From Bdellovibrionota bacterium (GTDB lineage: Bacteria; Bdellovibrionota_C; UBA2361; JBIKUX01): 64,000 nt of DNA. The stretch lies in the NCBI GenBank assembly GCA_044347345.1, contig JBIKUX010000007.1, positions 32,001 to 96,000 of the forward strand. The letters run 5' to 3'. The translations under genes and the position numbers were made by a program. This document shows, one piece after another, positions 59,746-64,000 of the stretch (the first letter of the stretch is position 1; the number at the start of each line of letters is the position of its first letter). Under the pieces are notes generated by a model, which worked only from the letters and a program-made list of their open reading frames with translations, was not told where the DNA came from and did not search any database.

Positions 59746-60969
59746 CTAATTCTCTTCTCTAATTCGAGCAGTAGCTTCGGCTAACCTCCTTAAGCCCTCA
59801 GCAATATTTTCATCTGAGGATGCAGTGCTCATGCGAAATGCTCGGTCATCACCAAATGGCGTACCAGGTACAATAGCTACCCCTGCTAATTCAAGGAGCC
59901 GAGACGCAAAATCCACGGAGTCCTTTACTTTACCTGATTCACAAAGTTCATCAATCCGTGGAAATAAATAAAAAGCCCCATCTGGTGCATGATGAAGCGA
60001 CAAGCCAGGTATTTTTGCTATATTTGCACGAGCTAGTTCTGTACGGCGAGCAAAAGAGGCAATCATCCCATCTAAAAAATCCAATGGACCTCTAAGCGCA
60101 GCAAGACCAGCATACTGGGCAATCGAGCAAACGTTCGAAGTCGTCTGACTTTGATACTTACTCATGGCACTAATTAATGGTGTTGGACCTAACGCCCATC
60201 CTACCCGCCAACCCGTCATGGAGAATGTTTTTGAGCATGCACTGACAGTAACAAGGCGGTCTTGCAAGTCTGGAAGAACGGAACTAACAGAGCAAAAAGA
60301 AAAGTGAGAGAAGGTGAGCTTTTCATAAACTTCATCCGACAAAATCAGTAGATGATCCCCTACTTTACCTTGTTTAATGGCATCCCTTAATACCTCACCC
60401 AAGGCACTTAGATGTTCCCTAGAATACCCCATTCCCGTTGGGTTAGATGGGCTATTTAATATCACAACTCTAGTTCGAGGATTTAATGATTTTTCTAGCA
60501 ACTCGGGAGTCATGAGATATCGATCAGTTGCTTTAGTAGAAACTACTCTTGGCACACCTCCGGCCAGCTCTACCATCGGAGGATAACTTACCCAATAAGG
60601 AGCTGGAACAATAACTTCATCTCCTTGTTCAAGTACAACACTGAGAAATTGGTAAATAGCCTGCTTTCCCCCGTTGCACACGATTGTGTTTGCATCTGTA
60701 TAAGTCACTTGATGCTGTTTGGAGTAATAAGTAGCAAGCTCTTTTCTTAACTCAGGAATACCAGGAACAGCCGTATATTTGGTTTTTCCCTGAGACATCG
60801 CTTGAAGCGCGGCTTCTTTAATGTGATCGGGAGTATCAATATCTGGCTCGCCCGTAGACAAATCAATAATTGACCTACCCAAAGCTTTGAGCTCAGTAGC
60901 TTTTTGCTTAACTGCAAGGGTGGCACTCGGAGCCAAACTCTTGAAGCGACGATTTATATAGCTAACCAC
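59746..60969 (-). CDS. aspC: Class I PLP-dependent (aspartate) aminotransferase
   Basis: [33 protein letters not shown]. Confidence 0.92.
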   Translation of the reverse strand: MVSYINRRFKSLAPSATLAVKQKATELKALGRSIIDLSTGEPDIDTPDHIKEAALQAMSQGKTKYTAVPGIPELRKELATYYSKQHQVTYTDANTIVCNGGKQAIYQFLSVVLEQGDEVIVPAPYWVSYPPMVELAGGVPRVVSTKATDRYLMTPELLEKSLNPRTRVVILNSPSNPTGMGYSREHLSALGEVLRDAIKQGKVGDHLLILSDEVYEKLTFSHFSFCSVSSVLPDLQDRLVTVSACSKTFSMTGWRVGWALGPTPLISAMSKYQSQTTSNVCSIAQYAGLAALRGPLDFLDGMIASFARRTELARANIAKIPGLSLHHAPDGAFYLFPRIDELCESGKVKDSVDFASRLLELAGVAIVPGTPFGDDRAFRMSTASSDENIAEGLRRLAEATARIREEN

Positions 60970-61041
60970 AATTTTTTCTCCATTAACGTTACGCTTCTAT
61001 AAATACATGATTTTTAAAATAATCTTGTAAAAATTTCTATT

Positions 61042-61887
61042 TTACACAGGAGTAAAAGAAGTAAGTTTAACTCTTACTTTGCCAATAAATACATCGCTCT
61101 GAATCTCTAGTACATCGCGCTTAGAGTCATCGGTTAAAAAAATAGAGGCTTTTCTGAGCTTTTGTCTCACTTTTGGCTTGGTAAGATTAAGCACAAAGGG
61201 AGATATCACGAAAACTTCTCTGTTTTTCCCTTGTAAAAACTCTTTTCCTCTTTTAATCGCCTTTAGCTTTATAGCGTACCTACTTTTGCCATTAAATACA
61301 TCAAGGTATTTCTCATCACCAACTTTCCATGACAAAGCTCTACTCAAAAAAGCAGCACTGAAAGGATCTAACGTGAAGTTATTGGTCACAAAGTCATATA
61401 CCTCATCAAGCACACCATTTTTTTTTCTTTCCGATCTTATTCTCCCGTCGGAAGCAAAGGATACTTCGTAAAATTTACGCCGTGAATTTTCCTGATGGTC
61501 TACCGTTAGACTCTCCGGCTTCATGGTTGTCTCATCAATAACTCCCTTAGCGAGATACCGAAGACGATACAATAAGTCGACCACCTTGTACGAGCGTGCG
61601 ACAGCAGTAAAGTGATATTTTTTATCAGATTTTACCACTGTTAATTTTGCCTCTGCAGCAGGTATCCCTTGCCAACTAACTTCATATCTGTAGGTACCAA
61701 GAGAAGGAACAAACGACGGATCTGGGCTGTACACAGGAGTAGAAATGCGAACTTGGTCAGGAGGAATAGACGGCTCAGCTTGAAGTGTCCCTAATGATGG
61801 TTTAAGTATCAGTTGAAAAACTAATAAGAGCCACACCGAGATAAATTTCATAGTTATACTCGATAACAAAAAAATATTAAGAGGCAT
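61042..61887 (-). CDS. DUF3108-like exported protein
   Basis: Signal peptide, YEVSWQGI, DPFSA, VFNGK, IFLTDD…FIGKV. Confidence 0.75.
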   Translation of the reverse strand: MPLNIFLLSSITMKFISVWLLLVFQLILKPSLGTLQAEPSIPPDQVRISTPVYSPDPSFVPSLGTYRYEVSWQGIPAAEAKLTVVKSDKKYHFTAVARSYKVVDLLYRLRYLAKGVIDETTMKPESLTVDHQENSRRKFYEVSFASDGRIRSERKKNGVLDEVYDFVTNNFTLDPFSAAFLSRALSWKVGDEKYLDVFNGKSRYAIKLKAIKRGKEFLQGKNREVFVISPFVLNLTKPKVRQKLRKASIFLTDDSKRDVLEIQSDVFIGKVRVKLTSFTPV

Positions 61888-61961
61888 TTATACTCTTCTT
61901 CCGCTACACTCTTCTTCCGCCATTGCCCTTAGTAGCTAGTTTATGAAACGATCGCCATCAA

Positions 61962-63176
61962 ATGATAACACCTACCCTATTAACTCGTTCTTTTCGCCAT
62001 CCTTATTCTTGGGCTAAGGGCAGTCATTGGGAGCATACTAGTTTATTACTCCACTGCTCAGCACTTATGCGCTCAGAAGTTAAATCATCCCTGCTGATTC
62101 CAACATCACAGGAATTAGTATCACAGTCATCATTTGATTTACCGCCCAACCCTATCTCATCTGAATCAACTACACACCTAACCGTTCATGGATGGGGAGA
62201 AGTGTGTCCTCCGCCCGGAGAACGGCGAAATTGGAGTGAGGACTTAGAAATTGTAGAGTCTATCTACAATTCAATGAACATTTTAGATCTTTTAGCTATG
62301 CCAGATCCGGTAGAAGCTGTTTCGTTACTGCTTACACCTTTAGCAACTGAACCCCGCCTACGTTGTGGCCTTTCTTCTGCTATTTTTTCAATGATAGCTC
62401 AAGCTAAAGATATTTCTCTCGGTAAGCTGCTAGCAAACTCGACGTACGGTGGCATAAAGCTTAGTCAAGCTAGCCGTGTTCCGGTCAACGGCCTTATAGT
62501 AGAGCACGACCACTCCAAAGTTATCGCTCAAGCCGAAAACTATGTAGCAAGAGGTATAAGTACAATAAAAATAAAATGTGGCAGAAATATTAAAGATGAA
62601 TGTGCGCGAATAGGAGCTCTAATTGGAGCTGTTGGAAAGGATATTAAAATTCGCCTCGATCCAAATGGATGCTGGAATAAAGACCATCTAATGTACTTAG
62701 CAGATTGCCTTAGTGATGCAAACATTGAGTACATCGAGGAACCAACCGACCCAAAATCTCCCCCTGAAACGATCCAAGCTTTAAGAGAGATAAGTCCATT
62801 TCCATTTGCCAATGACCACTGTGCTTCATCAGCTAGCGATACAATTACTTATATAACCAAGTACCCACCGGAGTTTCTTATTGTCAAACCTCAAGTAGTT
62901 GGTGGCCCGGATGAAGTAGCAAGAATTATCACTCATGCTCAGAGCACAGGAATAAAAACAATTATCACAGCAAGCCTTGAATCGAGAGTTGGCGTAAATG
63001 TCGCACTTCACTGTGCCTCACTTCTTCCCACACCATTACCTCCTTGTGGTCTTTTAGTGGGAGAGCATGTTATACACGATGTGTCTCTGCCTCTCTCTGT
63101 GCACCAAGGATATGTTAACGTGCCTAACTCACCGGGACTCGGGTTTATACCATCTGGTATGACATTTCCGTTTTAA
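61962..63176 (+). CDS. Enolase-superfamily (MLE subgroup) protein, o-succinylbenzoate synthase-like
   Basis: GWGE, PVNGL, KIKCG, RLDPN, IEEP, AND, VKPQVVGG, CGL. Confidence 0.8.
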   Translation: MITPTLLTRSFRHPYSWAKGSHWEHTSLLLHCSALMRSEVKSSLLIPTSQELVSQSSFDLPPNPISSESTTHLTVHGWGEVCPPPGERRNWSEDLEIVESIYNSMNILDLLAMPDPVEAVSLLLTPLATEPRLRCGLSSAIFSMIAQAKDISLGKLLANSTYGGIKLSQASRVPVNGLIVEHDHSKVIAQAENYVARGISTIKIKCGRNIKDECARIGALIGAVGKDIKIRLDPNGCWNKDHLMYLADCLSDANIEYIEEPTDPKSPPETIQALREISPFPFANDHCASSASDTITYITKYPPEFLIVKPQVVGGPDEVARIITHAQSTGIKTIITASLESRVGVNVALHCASLLPTPLPPCGLLVGEHVIHDVSLPLSVHQGYVNVPNSPGLGFIPSGMTFPF

Positions 63177-63200
63177 CAACCTTTATCTATTTGCAAAACA

Positions 63201-63950
63201 ATGGAAATAGAACAAAAGCGCTTTTATTGGCTATTATCTTGGATAACTACTATTCCCTTTTTAGTTTGCTTCATCGGAACCCTGGTAATTTTCGATCCGG
63301 TTCACAGACTAGCTTATCTTTTTGGAAGTAAGATTTTCCGCAAAAGTCTTGTTGCTATGAACGGCTTAATTCTCTTTTGGCTACACCTTTGGTGTGGCAC
63401 CCGTTTTAATGTGAAAGGACTAGAGAACTTAACAAGTATAAAACAAGCCATAATAGTGGCGAATCATGAGAGCATGTTTGATATACCTCTAATTTTATGG
63501 TTCTTACGGATGCTTTCTCCGCAATTCATTGCAAAGCAAGAGTTAGGGAAATACCTGCCCAGCATATCTTTTCTTTTGCGTAACATGGGGTCTTTAATGA
63601 TCAATCGAAGCGACAAGGGGGGGGCACTAGCAAGTATTCGAAACTACGGCGTTAAAGCCAGTGAAAAAGATCAATCAGTAGTAATTTTTCCAGAAGGTAC
63701 ACGCGCTAGAGACGGAAAAATGAAGCGGTTTAAATATGGAGGAACGCAAGCTCTTATTGATACCATGAAAAGAGCGGCAGTTATTCCAGTTACAATAAAC
63801 AATTCTTATAAAATTGTTAAACATAATCTTCTTCCAATTCCTTGGAGAATTGATGTCAATATGATAGTGCATTCGCCACTTTGGCCAGAGATTAACTCTC
63901 AAGAAGTTTATTGTAATCAAATAGAAGCTATGATTCGTTCTGGGAAATAA
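63201..63950 (+). CDS. plsC: 1-acyl-sn-glycerol-3-phosphate (lysophospholipid) acyltransferase
   Basis: NHESMFD, FIAK, FPEGTR, IPVTI. Confidence 0.9.
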   Translation: MEIEQKRFYWLLSWITTIPFLVCFIGTLVIFDPVHRLAYLFGSKIFRKSLVAMNGLILFWLHLWCGTRFNVKGLENLTSIKQAIIVANHESMFDIPLILWFLRMLSPQFIAKQELGKYLPSISFLLRNMGSLMINRSDKGGALASIRNYGVKASEKDQSVVIFPEGTRARDGKMKRFKYGGTQALIDTMKRAAVIPVTINNSYKIVKHNLLPIPWRIDVNMIVHSPLWPEINSQEVYCNQIEAMIRSGK

Positions 63951-64000
63951 TAGACATCTCACACAAAGGATGATACCCAGAGTACTAAAGTTTTTTCATT

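Overview
Bacterial chromosomal window. The rimP-nusA-ylxR-infB-rbfA-DHH-truB gene order and the protein sequences suggest an uncultivated deltaproteobacteria/Bdellovibrionota-like lineage (inference). AT-rich core blocks occupy ~1-7.4 kb (type I secretion trio, mreB, 3-hydroxyacyl-CoA dehydrogenase, CBS protein) and ~31.4-64 kb (aldehyde dehydrogenase, REC-LpxC fusion, purA, nusA-infB operon, gnd, orphan Cas6, split Ski2/HelY-like helicase, dusB, hybrid kinase, csp, rlmN, ndk, aspC, MenC-like enolase, plsC). Between them lies a visibly more GC-rich, decaying accessory island (~7.5-31.4 kb). It holds IS91/IS3 remnants, nested direct and inverted repeats, a small palindromic MITE-like element, AAA_14/DUF4143 ATPases, an AbiEii-type module, orphan genes, and an intact four-gene cluster (HAD phosphatase, two long-chain mannitol dehydrogenases, PfkB fructokinase). 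That cluster matches the enzyme set of a mannitol cycle and has no transporter. The most notable items are this putative mannitol-cycle cluster, the receiver-domain/LpxC fusion, a stand-alone Cas6 with no array converging on a two-gene helicase, an empty/filled pair of repeat-bounded sites and a candidate structured RNA. No tRNA, rRNA or CRISPR array was recognised. All family calls come from motif recognition by eye, not from database searches.
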